NCBI GenBank assembly: GCA_963799485.1 | Contig: CAWCXJ010000006.1 | Coordinates: 64,001-128,000, forward strand | Length of the DNA stretch: 64,000 nt | Direction of reading: 5' to 3' | Origin: an uncultured Trueperaceae bacterium | GTDB lineage: Bacteria > Deinococcota > Deinococci > Deinococcales > Trueperaceae | Shown here: positions 39,933-50,079 of the stretch, piece after piece | Layout of the letters: every line of letters begins with the position of its first letter | Position numbering within the stretch: position 1 is the first letter of the stretch | Made by a program: the position numbers and the translations under genes | Notes under the pieces: generated by a model | What the model saw: the letters and a program-made list of their open reading frames with translations, nothing else | What the model was told of the DNA's origin: nothing | Databases searched by the model: none

Positions 39933-40818
39933 ACTTCTCGTCGCCGCCCTCTTGAGCGTCACCGACCCTGCCGGGGATGTAGGAACCAACCTTACCGCGC
40001 CGACAGCCACGATCTTCCGGCAAGGGGACGCGTTCGATATCCGCAGCGTAACGGTGTACGACGCGCCGACGCTGGGTTTTAGCATCGGTCTGGAGAGCCC
40101 GGCGCGTTTCCCGGGAGCGCTGCTCGAGCTTTATCTGGGCGGCCCGGCCTCCTCAACCGCCGGCACAGAATTACTCGCGGGCTCGGCGCTCCGGCTTCCT
40201 GAGGGCGCGTCGTGGCGCTACGCATTTCGCATCGCCGGGAATGACGTCAAGGTGTTTGAACAGCAGGGCGGTCGCCCCGTCGACATTACCGAGGCGAGTG
40301 GCGCGCAGCTCGGCGTCTCCGGCAACATGCTAAACGTCCGGACGATTCTGCCTGTGCCGGAACCCTTGAGCGTTTACGGCATGTCCGGTTCGTTCGATCC
40401 TTTTAGCCCCAGCGGTTGGCGAGAGGTTCGCGCGAAGCCGTCGCCGTGGGGTTTTTCAGGCCGTGCGGCGTCGCCTGTGCTCGATGTTTTAGCCGACACT
40501 CCCGAAGTGCAAGCGCGCGCCCTCGAGCAAGGCGTCTTGCCCGAAGTCCGCGCGTCGGTAAGTAAACCCGGGTGGTTGGCACTTGCCGGGGCCGGCGTCG
40601 TCGTCGCCTGTGCCGGGTTGTTTTTCCGCCTGAGCTCGGGGCGCCGAGTAGAGGTTCCGCCTGCGCTTCACCTAGCGCCCTTTACCGACAAAGACAGGCG
40701 GCGGCGCGCGCGTGTACTCCGCGACCTAAGCCGCGTGCAGGGCAAGCTTGTTTTGGCGAAAGAACCACCCAAAACCGACGCTGAACCTAAACCACCCCCT
40801 GAGCCCGTTCTCAACTAA
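39925..40818 (+). CDS. Membrane-anchored glucodextranase DOMON-like domain protein
   Basis: DPAGD...AFDI...LELYL pattern; C-terminal TM. Confidence 0.55.
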   Translation: MLELLVAALLSVTDPAGDVGTNLTAPTATIFRQGDAFDIRSVTVYDAPTLGFSIGLESPARFPGALLELYLGGPASSTAGTELLAGSALRLPEGASWRYAFRIAGNDVKVFEQQGGRPVDITEASGAQLGVSGNMLNVRTILPVPEPLSVYGMSGSFDPFSPSGWREVRAKPSPWGFSGRAASPVLDVLADTPEVQARALEQGVLPEVRASVSKPGWLALAGAGVVVACAGLFFRLSSGRRVEVPPALHLAPFTDKDRRRRARVLRDLSRVQGKLVLAKEPPKTDAEPKPPPEPVLN

Positions 40819-40832
40819 GCGCGTACTTCTCT

Positions 40833-40875
40833 TTGCGGGGCTGCTCCTTGCGGGGCTGCTCCTTGCGGGGCTGCT
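40833..40875. repeat. 15-bp tandem repeat x~3, TTGCGGGGCTGCTCC
   Basis: Directly visible, intergenic. Confidence 0.9.
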
Positions 40876-40956
40876 ACCGTGTCTTTACGGCAGGTGCTCC
40901 GGTTGAGCCGGTACCAGCGGTAACCGGGCCCCGCAGGGTTTGCTAGACCTCGTTTA

Positions 40957-41811
40957 CTAGACCTCATCGCGCCACGAGTGTTCCGGTTCGTACCCCAGCA
41001 CGCGGCGCGCTTTGTCGATAGACAAAAGCGTTTCGTTCGGCTCGACCTCGCGTTTTAGCGGTACCTCCGGAAAAATCTCGGCAAGCAGCTCCGCGTTGGG
41101 CCGGGTCATCACGGTGTCGGCGTTGGCGATGATAAAGACGTCGGCTCCTGTGCCTGCGTACTCGAGCGCGCGCCGCACTGCCTGCGCGCCGTCTCTGGCG
41201 TCGATGTAGCCCCACAAATTCCATTTACGGGTGGTCGCGTCGGCGTCGAAGCTCGGAAACTCGGCGTAATCTTCGGGGTTCATCACGTTGGAAAAGCGCA
41301 AACCGATAATTTTCAGCGCGGGTTCCCAGCGGCAGAACTGCTCTGCCATCGCCTCGCCGAGCGCTTTGGAAAGCGAATACGACGATTCGGGGCGTGCCGG
41401 GTAGTCTTCGTCGAGCGGAATATAGGGTGGCGGTTCGTCAAAGGGGAGACCGAGGAGGGTTTCCGAAGAGGCCCAGACGACATTGTTGATACCCAAAATG
41501 CGCGCGGCGGCAAAAACGTTGTAGGTACCGATCAGGTTGTTCTTAAACAGTGCGGCGTTGGTGACCAGACCCGGAGCCGGAAACGCTGCGAGGTGAACTA
41601 CGGCGTCTACTTTCGGATAGCGGTCGTCCGAGCCGGCAAAGGCGTCTAGCGTTGCGCCGAAATCGGCGAAATCGGTTTGGGTAAAGGGGCAGAGTTGCGG
41701 TTCGGGCGCGTTTACGTCTAGGTTAACGACGGTATAACCGTGCGCCAGCAAGTCCTTGATACAGGCGCGGCCCAGTTTGCCGCTGCCACCGGTTACGGCA
41801 ACTGTAGTCAT
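40957..41811 (-). CDS. NAD-dependent epimerase/dehydratase
   Basis: TGGSGKLG, HLAA, YSLSK, LRFSNV. Confidence 0.9.
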   Translation of the reverse strand: MTTVAVTGGSGKLGRACIKDLLAHGYTVVNLDVNAPEPQLCPFTQTDFADFGATLDAFAGSDDRYPKVDAVVHLAAFPAPGLVTNAALFKNNLIGTYNVFAAARILGINNVVWASSETLLGLPFDEPPPYIPLDEDYPARPESSYSLSKALGEAMAEQFCRWEPALKIIGLRFSNVMNPEDYAEFPSFDADATTRKWNLWGYIDARDGAQAVRRALEYAGTGADVFIIANADTVMTRPNAELLAEIFPEVPLKREVEPNETLLSIDKARRVLGYEPEHSWRDEV

Positions 41812-41886
41812 GAGCTAGTTTACCCTGCGCCGCACACGAGATAGCCAAATACAAAGTATCCGCCTGGCTCCAGGTCGCGCGCCGGG

Positions 41887-42387
41887 CTATTCCGGTGAAT
41901 CTAGTGTCTGCGCGTCCGGCAAGGGTGCAGGGCCCAGCGGCGTTAAAGAAACCGGCATTAGCGAAGCTATCGCGACCATCAGCTCGAGCCCCTCCAGCAG
42001 CCCCTGTACGCGGGTGCTCGAACCGCCACACTCAACCGAGAGAAGCGCGCCCTCGAGCAAGAAAAGCCTGTCCGTCAGACGCTCTCGCACAACGTCTACC
42101 GCGTCGGCCTCTGCCGTCCCGGTCTTGCTGGCAGCGATTTTGAGGTAGTTGCACGCCATCTGCAGATGCCAGGTAGTGCGCTCCAAGTTGCTGCCGACAC
42201 TCCCCGCCGCCGCTTCCGAAAGGGCGCACAACACGCCCGAAAGTGCTGCCTGCAGGTGTCGGGACACCACCTCGTGACCCTTTGCCGGGGCGTGACCCAC
42301 GACGCTTATGCCCACGCCCATACCCGCCGATATTTGAACGGAAGCCGATACAATCTGTACTGGGTTGAGCCTTCGAAGATAGAACAC
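41887..42387 (-). CDS. Hypothetical protein
   Basis: 166-aa helical ORF, no motif recognised. Confidence 0.4.
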   Translation of the reverse strand: MFYLRRLNPVQIVSASVQISAGMGVGISVVGHAPAKGHEVVSRHLQAALSGVLCALSEAAAGSVGSNLERTTWHLQMACNYLKIAASKTGTAEADAVDVVRERLTDRLFLLEGALLSVECGGSSTRVQGLLEGLELMVAIASLMPVSLTPLGPAPLPDAQTLDSPE

Positions 42388-42552
42388 CTCACCGGGCGGG
42401 TACCTTACCCGAGCCTATGGTATTTTTCACACTATAGCACCGCTATAAAAAATAAAACACTGTACTGCTCGTTAAAAGAACTAGACCTACAAGAACTAAC
42501 ATAAGACCTACGCAGCGCCGACGACCCCAAACGCCCCAAGACGTCCGTACAG

Positions 42553-44106
42553 CTAGCAGATACGCAGTTCGTGCTCGCCTTCGACCGGGAGCGTCAGAAG
42601 TGCGTCCATCACAGCTTTTGTGCCAAATTTGAGAAAAAAACCAAAGGGGCTCAAGAGACGTTCTTGCGGGACGCCGGTGGGGAGCAGGTGCGCGCGCAGT
42701 CGCCCGAACTGCCGGGTATAGACATCATCGCGCTCAGCGAGGGCGGCGGCACTTTTGGTCTCGAGCCTGCTGAAAATCACCTTCAACTCGGCCTCGGCGC
42801 GGCCTACCGTCCGGGAAAGGGTCGGATCGATAGCGGACACGTCGGCGCGGAGTGAAGCTGAAAGATTTTCAAGGGCGCGCAGGCGGTTGTCGAACGCGAG
42901 TTTGTGACCGTGCAAGGCCAAAAGCGTTTGCGTTTTTACGCCCTCCCAGTCCGTTTGCAACGCTCCGGCACTGAGGCCGAACTTGTCCAGAATCCGGGCG
43001 ACGGGTGGTTCCAAAACCGTAACGGTTGTTCGCGGCCAGATTAGCGGCATCGCTACGCCGTGCTGTTCATAAACGCCCCGAAGCTGAGCGATATAGCGCA
43101 GTTCCCCCGGCCCGACGACGGTTGCAGCTGTTGGCAGAACCGCATCTTGCGTGACGGGCCGAAGACCGGCAGCCGGGGTCAGACAGGTCGGGTCGGCGTC
43201 CAAGCGGGCGAGCAGGTCGTCGCGGCTGTAGTGACCTGCGTCTGTATAAAACGTCTGACCGTCAAACCGCAAGAGTTGCCTTTGCCCGTTCGCCGTAAGA
43301 AACACATTCGTCGCGTCGGCGGCCCGTCCGAGTTGCGGCGTGTAGCCCAGCTCGCGGAGGGTGTTAGCAGCAGCGTTGACGGCTCGGCCTGAGCGCAGTG
43401 GGTCACTGAGTTCGGCGCGCAGAACAGGGGAGAAGAGTTCGGCGGCGGCGGGCTCGAGCGGGTTCAGTACAATCAATCCTTGCTCACCTAAAAGCTCGTA
43501 AAGAAGCGCCCCGAACCAGTCGGCGAAGCTTTCGGCGCGTGCGGCGGTGCGGTGCAAGAGGTCGGTTGCCCCAAACTTGTGCGCGTCCGGCCCACGAAAC
43601 GCGTTCAGGTCACGGATCACCTTCTCGGGCCACGCTTCATCAAGCTTAATACGCCCTGCCGGGACGCCTTCGGGGAGCGGCAGCGAAAGGCGGTGGAGCG
43701 TTTCGTCCAAGTCGAGCAAGTAGGTGTGGTCGATTTCGGCGCTGTCGGCGTCTTGACTTGCCAGCCAAAAGATCGGGACGACCGGGCGGGCGTCGGTACC
43801 GAGTTCGGCGGCGAGTTTAAGCGCGCTGACGGCTTTGCTAAGCGTATAGAGTGGCCCCAGCAAAAGCCCTGTTTGCTGCCCGGTAACGACCGCGCGGCTT
43901 TCAGGGTGCGCCAGCTTCGCCAAAGACTCGAAGACCGCTTCGGGCGCGCCGAGCCTTTCCGCCTGCCGCCGCAACACTTGGCTGAGCCTGATTCGGTCAA
44001 CTGGGCGGGGCTGCGCTAGTGCCGCCCCGGTGTTGCCGGGCTCGAGTGCAAATAGCGAGGTCAAGGCGCGGTTTTTGTAGGCGGTTGCAAAAGGGGTCGG
44101 CGGCAC
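42553..44106 (-). CDS. bshC: Bacillithiol biosynthesis cysteine-adding enzyme
   Basis: VVTGQQTGLLLGPLYTLSK, VPIFWLASQD, LRPVTQD, GPGELRY, PQER. Confidence 0.92.
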   Translation of the reverse strand: MPPTPFATAYKNRALTSLFALEPGNTGAALAQPRPVDRIRLSQVLRRQAERLGAPEAVFESLAKLAHPESRAVVTGQQTGLLLGPLYTLSKAVSALKLAAELGTDARPVVPIFWLASQDADSAEIDHTYLLDLDETLHRLSLPLPEGVPAGRIKLDEAWPEKVIRDLNAFRGPDAHKFGATDLLHRTAARAESFADWFGALLYELLGEQGLIVLNPLEPAAAELFSPVLRAELSDPLRSGRAVNAAANTLRELGYTPQLGRAADATNVFLTANGQRQLLRFDGQTFYTDAGHYSRDDLLARLDADPTCLTPAAGLRPVTQDAVLPTAATVVGPGELRYIAQLRGVYEQHGVAMPLIWPRTTVTVLEPPVARILDKFGLSAGALQTDWEGVKTQTLLALHGHKLAFDNRLRALENLSASLRADVSAIDPTLSRTVGRAEAELKVIFSRLETKSAAALAERDDVYTRQFGRLRAHLLPTGVPQERLLSPFGFFLKFGTKAVMDALLTLPVEGEHELRIC

Positions 44107-44470
44107 ACGCCAGCGTACCGTGCGGCGTTTGCGGGCGGCGTAGGATACGCTGCCAACGCGTATCGTTTTGCCGAGCGCGGAGCCGGTCCAAACGGATGTG
44201 TAGCCCTGCGGTTCGTTTGGTGCGGTAGTGTTTTACGGCGGGGTGAGGGGTAGCGCCCAGCGGTTTTTATAGCAGACTGACCGGAGCCGGTCGCGGGAAA
44301 GCAAAAATACGCTGGAGCAAAGCTCACGGGGCGACGTTCTAAAAGCTTTACGGTACTCTCGCGCCCTTTGTCCTCAGTTTGGCGAAACGCAAGTGTTAGG
44401 ATAGCAACTGTGTGTAATACCGCGTGCTGCCCCGCTGAAATCCGCAAGCTGACTGCCCCGGAAAGCTTCT

Positions 44471-45214
44471 ATGCACCTGCGCGTTGACCTGCGGCCTAGT
44501 GGCGATTTTCCCGGAGATTACTCCAGAGACTACCCCGACGTCGTGATCGTAATCGACGTGCTCAGATCGTGCACGCTCGCACCGATTCTATTTAGCCGGG
44601 GACTCGAGACCCTTTATGTGGGTCCGAGCATTCGCGCCGCCCGCCACCTGGCCGAAGCACGGGGGCTATTACTCTTTGGTGAGCGAGGCGGCCTGCCCCC
44701 CGAAGGCTTCAACTACGGCATCTCTCCGACCGAGGTCGCCCACGCCGACGTAGCAGGACGCTCCGCTGTTCTCGTTTCGGACAACGGCGCGCGCGTTTTG
44801 GGGTGCACCAAGAACGCAAAACACGTGCTGCTCGGTTCGCTTTACAATGCGGGCGCGGCGGCGGCGTTGGCGGCGTCTCTGGCAGAACAGGAGATCGCCC
44901 TGCTCTGCGCGGGCTTTAACGGCGACGAAGACCTGGACGACACACTCTGCGCCGGATTTTTGGCGGCGCAGCTTAAAAGGCGGTTGCCGGCGGCGAGTCT
45001 GGGCGGTGCGGCGCTCTACGCGATGGGCTTTTTGGGCGCGTTTCCGGCACCTGTGGGCGCGCTCTGGGGCTCGCGGGCCGGTCACGCCCTGCGCCGCTTT
45101 AACCTGACCGGCGACATCGCCCTGAGCAGTCTCGTGTCGCAAACAGATAAAGTGCCGCGCCTGGTCGCGCCCGACGACGACGCGCACTACCGCTTTACGG
45201 CGGCGACGCCCTAA
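44471..45214 (+). CDS. comB: 2-phosphosulfolactate phosphatase family
   Basis: VIDVLRS, GERGG..PEGFNYGISP, DDTLCAG. Confidence 0.85.
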   Translation: MHLRVDLRPSGDFPGDYSRDYPDVVIVIDVLRSCTLAPILFSRGLETLYVGPSIRAARHLAEARGLLLFGERGGLPPEGFNYGISPTEVAHADVAGRSAVLVSDNGARVLGCTKNAKHVLLGSLYNAGAAAALAASLAEQEIALLCAGFNGDEDLDDTLCAGFLAAQLKRRLPAASLGGAALYAMGFLGAFPAPVGALWGSRAGHALRRFNLTGDIALSSLVSQTDKVPRLVAPDDDAHYRFTAATP

Positions 45215-45218
45215 CGAA

Positions 45219-45959
45219 GTGGCAGTAGCGGGCCTTGAAACAGTTCAAACAACCGCTGTACTCGGATTTGAGGTGGTCGGGGTGACGCTCGAGGAGGCGG
45301 CGACTTGGGCGCTACACGCAGCTAAAGGCAGCACACCTCACCTCCTCGTCACGCTGAACCCTGAAATCATCGTCCGGGCCACGTCACAAGCTGCGCTTGA
45401 AGAAGCCTTGAAACATGCCGACCTGAGCGTCGCCGACGGCGTAGGTATCTTGTGGGCGGCGCGGCGGCGCGGCGTGCGGTTGCCGGAGCGGGTTCCCGGT
45501 GTCGAGCTGATGACCCGGCTTTTGGAACGCGGCGGCCCGGACCTTCGCGTCTACTTTTTAGGGGCCAAACCCGGCGTCGCCGCGCGCGCCGCCGAGGTTG
45601 CCGGGGCGCGTTTCGGGACGACGGTCGCAGGCGTGCAGCACGGCTATTTCAAGCGGCCCGGAGATGTTCCGGAGGTGGTTCGGAAGGTTTCCGAAAGCGG
45701 CGCACAGCTCCTTTTGTGCGGCCTCGGTGAAGGCCAAGAGCTTTTCTTGCACACACACCGCGCTGAGTTGGGCGTGCCGCTCCTCATCGGTGTGGGCGGC
45801 GCGCTCGATGTGCTGGCAGGTGAAGTGAAGAGGACGCCGGAGTGGACGCACCGGCTGGGGCTCGAGTGGGCCTACCGCGTCGGCAGCGACCCCAAACGCT
45901 GGCACCGTTTTCCCAGACTGCTGCAGTTTGTCAAGCTGGTTTTGGCTGACCGCACGTAA
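45219..45959 (+). CDS. WecB/TagA/CpsF family glycosyltransferase
   Basis: VTLNPE, ADGVG, ERVPGVEL, QHGYF, GVGG, GLEWAYR. Confidence 0.92.
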   Translation: MAVAGLETVQTTAVLGFEVVGVTLEEAATWALHAAKGSTPHLLVTLNPEIIVRATSQAALEEALKHADLSVADGVGILWAARRRGVRLPERVPGVELMTRLLERGGPDLRVYFLGAKPGVAARAAEVAGARFGTTVAGVQHGYFKRPGDVPEVVRKVSESGAQLLLCGLGEGQELFLHTHRAELGVPLLIGVGGALDVLAGEVKRTPEWTHRLGLEWAYRVGSDPKRWHRFPRLLQFVKLVLADRT

Positions 45960-46058
45960 ACGCCCGAGGCCGTCAAGTCGGCTTGACTTTTAACCCTAGC
46001 TACGCCGTTTGCGGCGAGTTTTACGTGTAGGGCTGCTTCGTCCGCTTGAAAATCTCGG

Positions 46059-46820
46059 TCATTCTGCGACAATCACCGCCCAGTGCCGCCCCGTCCGGCC
46101 CCGGTCGCGCCGGTGCGAAAAAAAGCGCTCCGGGTCGGCGTAGGTGCACACCCCGCTCTCCCACAGGTTTACCGGGTCGATACCGAGCTTTAGCAGTGCC
46201 CAGCGGTTTGCGGCGGCGACATCGAGCAGAAAACGTCCGTTGCCGTCGGGTTCATAGACAACTTCCGGAAACCCGGCCTCCTGAAACGTGCCGATAACCT
46301 CCGTGCCGACCTGATAGTTCGGCCGCGAGATACCCGGCCCAAATGCCACCCGTAAATCGGCAGGGTCGCTGCCGTAAAGTTCAGTGAGTTTCTGTACCGT
46401 CGCCGCAGCGATACCCTGCACGGTGCCGCGCCAGCCGCAGTGTGCCGCCCCGACCGCGCCCGTTGCGGGGTCGTAAAAAAGTACGGGCAAACAGTCGGCG
46501 GTACTGATGATGAGCGCCAAACCGGGCGTATTCGAGACTACCGCGTCGGCTTCTTCTGCAAACCAGCTCGGTCTGCCCCTGAGCACCCGCACCCCGTGAA
46601 CCTGACTAAACGCGCACGCGTGGTGTTCGTTTACGCCGAACAGCGCTAAAACGCGGCGGCGGTTTTCAGCGACGGACGCTTCGGCGTCCCCGCTCGAGAG
46701 CCCCAGGTTGAGGCACGAGTACCACCCTTCGCTGACGCCGCCCGCACGGGTCGTAAAACCGTGCGAGACCGGGATATTGGGGGATTGGAGGAGCTCGAGC
46801 GCTCCAACTGCTGCTATCAC
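46059..46820 (-). CDS. pgeF: PgeF/YfiH family protein
   Basis: HGFTTRAGGVS, LNLG, QVHG, TADCLP, AHCGWRG, FFSHRR; GTG 46820 overlaps the upstream stop. Confidence 0.9.
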   Translation of the reverse strand: MIAAVGALELLQSPNIPVSHGFTTRAGGVSEGWYSCLNLGLSSGDAEASVAENRRRVLALFGVNEHHACAFSQVHGVRVLRGRPSWFAEEADAVVSNTPGLALIISTADCLPVLFYDPATGAVGAAHCGWRGTVQGIAAATVQKLTELYGSDPADLRVAFGPGISRPNYQVGTEVIGTFQEAGFPEVVYEPDGNGRFLLDVAAANRWALLKLGIDPVNLWESGVCTYADPERFFSHRRDRGRTGRHWAVIVAE

Positions 46821-47182
46821 GCCTCCGCCAGCCAGACAAACAGCGCAATCAGTACAAACTGCAGCGCCAGCCGCCAGAAGAGCAGGTACGCCGAAAGCCC
46901 CTGCACGCCGACGCTCGCCGGGTCGAAGAGCATATTCAAGTGAACGGGAAAGAAGGCGATCATCAGGAGCGCCAGCCCGTAGGCCGCCCACCGGCGAAAG
47001 CGCCGGAGAAAGAGCCCGACGCCGCCTAAAATCTCTAAAAGACCGCTCAGCAAAACCCAAAAGAGCGGCGCGGCAAACCCCGGCGGCATAATCTGCACGT
47101 ACATACCCGGACGGACGAAGTGCAGCGCACCCGCCACGATAAAGACAACGCCTAGAAAAATACGCAAAACGGGTTTAAGCAT
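46817..47182 (-). CDS. DoxX-like membrane protein
   Basis: AGALHF..P..Y..IMP, SGLLEILGG, FPVHLNM. Confidence 0.8.
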   Translation of the reverse strand: MLKPVLRIFLGVVFIVAGALHFVRPGMYVQIMPPGFAAPLFWVLLSGLLEILGGVGLFLRRFRRWAAYGLALLMIAFFPVHLNMLFDPASVGVQGLSAYLLFWRLALQFVLIALFVWLAEA

Positions 47183-47190
47183 CCCTGACC

Positions 47191-47472
47191 TTAGCAAGTT
47201 TGCCTCGGCAGGACGTTGCTTTCGGCCCCCAACAAGCTCAGTTTGCGCGCCCGTGAAAACTTTTTAATCGCCGCTTCACGCCGGAGGGCGTCGCCGTGCG
47301 TTGCAGCAGGCTCAAGATAGACGAGCTCACCGGGGCCGTTTCGCCGCATATACGCCGCGCCGCGTCCGCTGTTGTGCGCTTTGAGGCGGCGCGTCACGTC
47401 GGTCGTAATCCCCGTATAGAGCGTGCCCCTCTTGCAGCGCACGATATAAACCTGCCAGCTAGAGCTTTTCAC
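47191..47472 (-). CDS. GIY-YIG nuclease (UPF0213, YhbQ/YazA-like)
   Basis: VYIVRC..GTLYTGITTD..RRLKAHN.G.GA.Y, ALRREAAIK; GTG 47472. Confidence 0.88.
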   Translation of the reverse strand: MKSSSWQVYIVRCKRGTLYTGITTDVTRRLKAHNSGRGAAYMRRNGPGELVYLEPAATHGDALRREAAIKKFSRARKLSLLGAESNVLPRQTC

Positions 47473-47962
47473 CGGCGTAGACGGGAACAAGCAAGGTATT
47501 TTCAGCGGGCGGCAAGGGGCAGCGGTAGCGTTCCGAGTAGGCGCAAAAAGGGTGATAGGCATAGTTAAAATCGAGCAGGATTTGCCCGTTTGAAAGAAGC
47601 GCCGCTTCCAGGTAACGCCCTGCGCCGTAGGTCTCCGAACCACTCGTCGCGTCTTTGAAAGGGACGAAAAAGCGGGCGCTGTCGGTTTCAAACGTCGGTT
47701 GGTAGAGCGTTAAGGTGCACGCCCGGCCCTCTAGTTCAAAGGTTGCACGGCCCATACGAAAATAAGGTTGTTCGTCGCCGCTGCTGGTGCCGAGCAGCAC
47801 GACTTCACGCCCTTCGGCACGCCTAAACTCCGCTGTTACGGTGTAGAGTTCCGCTTCGGCGTAGTAGGCGAGCCCGGAAAAGGGGGCACCGTAAAGGGGC
47901 GAGTCCGGGTCGGTCTCGAGGTAACGGTCTTTGTCGCGGCGGGTGCGCTCGAGTGGCGTCAT
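47459..47962 (-). CDS. DUF1684 domain protein
   Basis: FKDATSGSETYGAGRYL, LDFNYAYHPFCAY, CPLPPAEN. Confidence 0.9.
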   Translation of the reverse strand: MTPLERTRRDKDRYLETDPDSPLYGAPFSGLAYYAEAELYTVTAEFRRAEGREVVLLGTSSGDEQPYFRMGRATFELEGRACTLTLYQPTFETDSARFFVPFKDATSGSETYGAGRYLEAALLSNGQILLDFNYAYHPFCAYSERYRCPLPPAENTLLVPVYAGEKL

Positions 47963-48093
47963 GCCCCTTTACTATACCCGCGCCGTAAAACCAGCACCGC
48001 AAAACCAGCACCGCAAAACCCGCTGCGCGAGTTCAAACTTGGTGGCTAAAACTCACCTGAACGTGCCTCTCGCCGTGCAAAACTAGGGAGAGT

Positions 48094-49566
48094 ATGCCAG
48101 TCTGTTTCCACATTCGCCCCGGTATTTACCTTGGTATTTACCTTGGTATTTACCTTGGTATTTGCCTTGGTACCGTTCTCGTCGGTGTCTTTTTTCCGGC
48201 CTCTGCAGTCCAAGCCTCCGCTGTTCAGGGGTTTACTGTTCAAGGTTCGGCGCCCGGAGTCGCCGTAACACCGCAGGGCGTCCAAACGCATATGGCGGCG
48301 CTGCAAAGGCTTGCCGAGGCGAACGGCGGCAACCGCGCTGCCGGGACACCCGGTTACGCCGCGTCGGTGCGGTACGTTGAAAAGACGTTGCGGGCCGCGG
48401 GTTATAAGGTGACGCGCCAGCCTTTTACTGTAACTACCGACACGCTCGCCGAAACCGGACGCGTACTCGGCGTGGGAGATGCGCTCGAGCCCAAGGTGAT
48501 GAGCGGCTCACCCAACACGCCGGCAGGTGGCCTCACGGCACCCCTGGTACGTCCCGCAGACCCGCTCGGCTGCGCGGCTGAAACTTCGGGTAAGCTGCGC
48601 GGCGCGGTCGTTTTGCTCGAACGCGGCGGCTGCACCTTTGCGGAAAAGTCACGTAACGCCGCCGCTGCGGGCGCGGTTGCCGCACTTGTTTATAACAACG
48701 AAGACAACAGTGACGAAAACAGCGACGAACCCGGCGGTTTTCCCCTGCTGGGCTCACTCGGTGACGCGCCCGCCGTAAACACCGCCGTAAACACCGTGCC
48801 TACTGCGGGTTTGACGCGCGCTGCGGGCGAACGGCTGCTTGAAAAACTGGCACGCGGCGGGGTGAAGGTAGAACTCGAGCTGCGCGTCTCGCGTACTACT
48901 CGCAAAACCGCCAATGTCATCGCCGAACTCGGTGCTGAACTAGGTGCCGCCGAAAACATCGTGATGCTCGGCGCACACCTCGACTCGGTATCCGCAGGCC
49001 CCGGCATCAACGACAACGGCAGCGGCGTGGCGCTGGTTCTAGAACTCGCCCGTCAGCTCGCCCGAACGGGTGACGCCCGGGGTGTCCGTTTCGCCTTCTG
49101 GGGTGCTGAAGAACTCGGTCTGCTGGGCTCGGAGTATTACGTCGCCAACCTTTCTCCGGCTGAACGCGCTGGTATTCGCGCGTACCTGAACTTCGATATG
49201 CTCAGCTCCCCCAACGCCGCCCCCTTCGCCTACGGCGACCCGGAACTGACGGAGCTTTTTGCCGGGGCTTTTACGGCGCAAGGGCTTGCGCTCCTTCCCG
49301 ACGCGGTGGGGGGCTGGAGCGACCACACCCCGTTCGCGGCGGCGGGTATCCCGGTGGCAGGGCTTTTTAGCGGCGCTGAGGGGGTCAAGCCGAGCGGCGA
49401 GGTCGAGACTTACGGCGGTGACGCGGCACCTTACGACGCGTGCTATCACCGGGCGTGCGACACCTTTGCCCACTCGAGTACGCCCGTCTCGGCGCGCTAC
49501 CTGGATATCCTGGCGGACGCGGCGGCGAACGCGTTGCAACGTCTGCTCAGCGAGCCGACCAGATAG
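48094..49566 (+). CDS. Secreted M28 aminopeptidase with PA domain
   Basis: NGGNRAAGTPGY, RGGCTF.EK, GAHLDSV, GINDNGSG, GAEELGL, LNFDM, SDH, CYH..CD. Confidence 0.92.
   Translation: MPVCFHIRPGIYLGIYLGIYLGICLGTVLVGVFFPASAVQASAVQGFTVQGSAPGVAVTPQGVQTHMAALQRLAEANGGNRAAGTPGYAASVRYVEKTLRAAGYKVTRQPFTVTTDTLAETGRVLGVGDALEPKVMSGSPNTPAGGLTAPLVRPADPLGCAAETSGKLRGAVVLLERGGCTFAEKSRNAAAAGAVAALVYNNEDNSDENSDEPGGFPLLGSLGDAPAVNTAVNTVPTAGLTRAAGERLLEKLARGGVKVELELRVSRTTRKTANVIAELGAELGAAENIVMLGAHLDSVSAGPGINDNGSGVALVLELARQLARTGDARGVRFAFWGAEELGLLGSEYYVANLSPAERAGIRAYLNFDMLSSPNAAPFAYGDPELTELFAGAFTAQGLALLPDAVGGWSDHTPFAAAGIPVAGLFSGAEGVKPSGEVETYGGDAAPYDACYHRACDTFAHSSTPVSARYLDILADAAANALQRLLSEPTR
48121..48168 (+). repeat. 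12-bp tandem repeat x4, GGTATTT(A/G)CCTT (GIYL/GICL), in the signal region
   Basis: Directly visible. Confidence 0.95.
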
Positions 49567-50079
49567 TGTGTGAGGTAGTATATGGCCCTGGCTTCGGGGG
49601 CAATTCAAAAAACTTACGCTAATAGCGTGCGCCGGGCGCACCGGTGACCGCGATGCCGACGACTGTGGTTCTGATGTAAGGAGCTTGTCGGTGCTGACTA
49701 TCGTTATTCTGGTCGTCTCCGGGGCTTTGCTGCTGGGCGCGGCCTGGAGTAACTAGAAACTTCCCCAAGGGCTCGAGGGCTTTCTCGAGCTTACTCCTGG
49801 CGCTCTACCTAAACGGCTTGAAGTAACGCTTAGCAGGGCAACACCCCGGTTTGAATTGCCTTTGGGACGCGGAGCCCGCACCGGCACGTATATCTTGAGA
49901 TGAAATTCGCCCACGCCCTGGGCAAGCCGATCGTCTACACCCGTATGGGCACGAGTGTGAACACGCCGCTTGGTTTTACGGCGCGGTGCAGGCCGCTATT
50001 CGGGTTCGTTACGCCCTGAATCGCCGACTAGCAGGAGATCGAAGTCGGAACGCGTATACGTATAGTCTATGCTGAAGTA

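Noticed and set aside
40833..40875. Tandem repeats (also 11450, 48121) as a CRISPR array
   Set aside because: Units are 12-15 bp, contiguous and have no spacers; no cas genes in the window
44107..44470. Riboswitch or ncRNA in the bshC-comB intergenic region
   Set aside because: No recognisable consensus or convincing long stem by eye; would need an Rfam scan
46821..47060. N-terminal extension of pgeF
   Set aside because: Overlaps the DoxX-like gene in another frame; GTG 46820 is coupled to its stop
49614..49630. TTACGCTAATAGCGTGC as a DdrO/RDRM radiation-response operator
   Set aside because: Resembles the palindrome, but the 3' end deviates and no intact gene starts next to it
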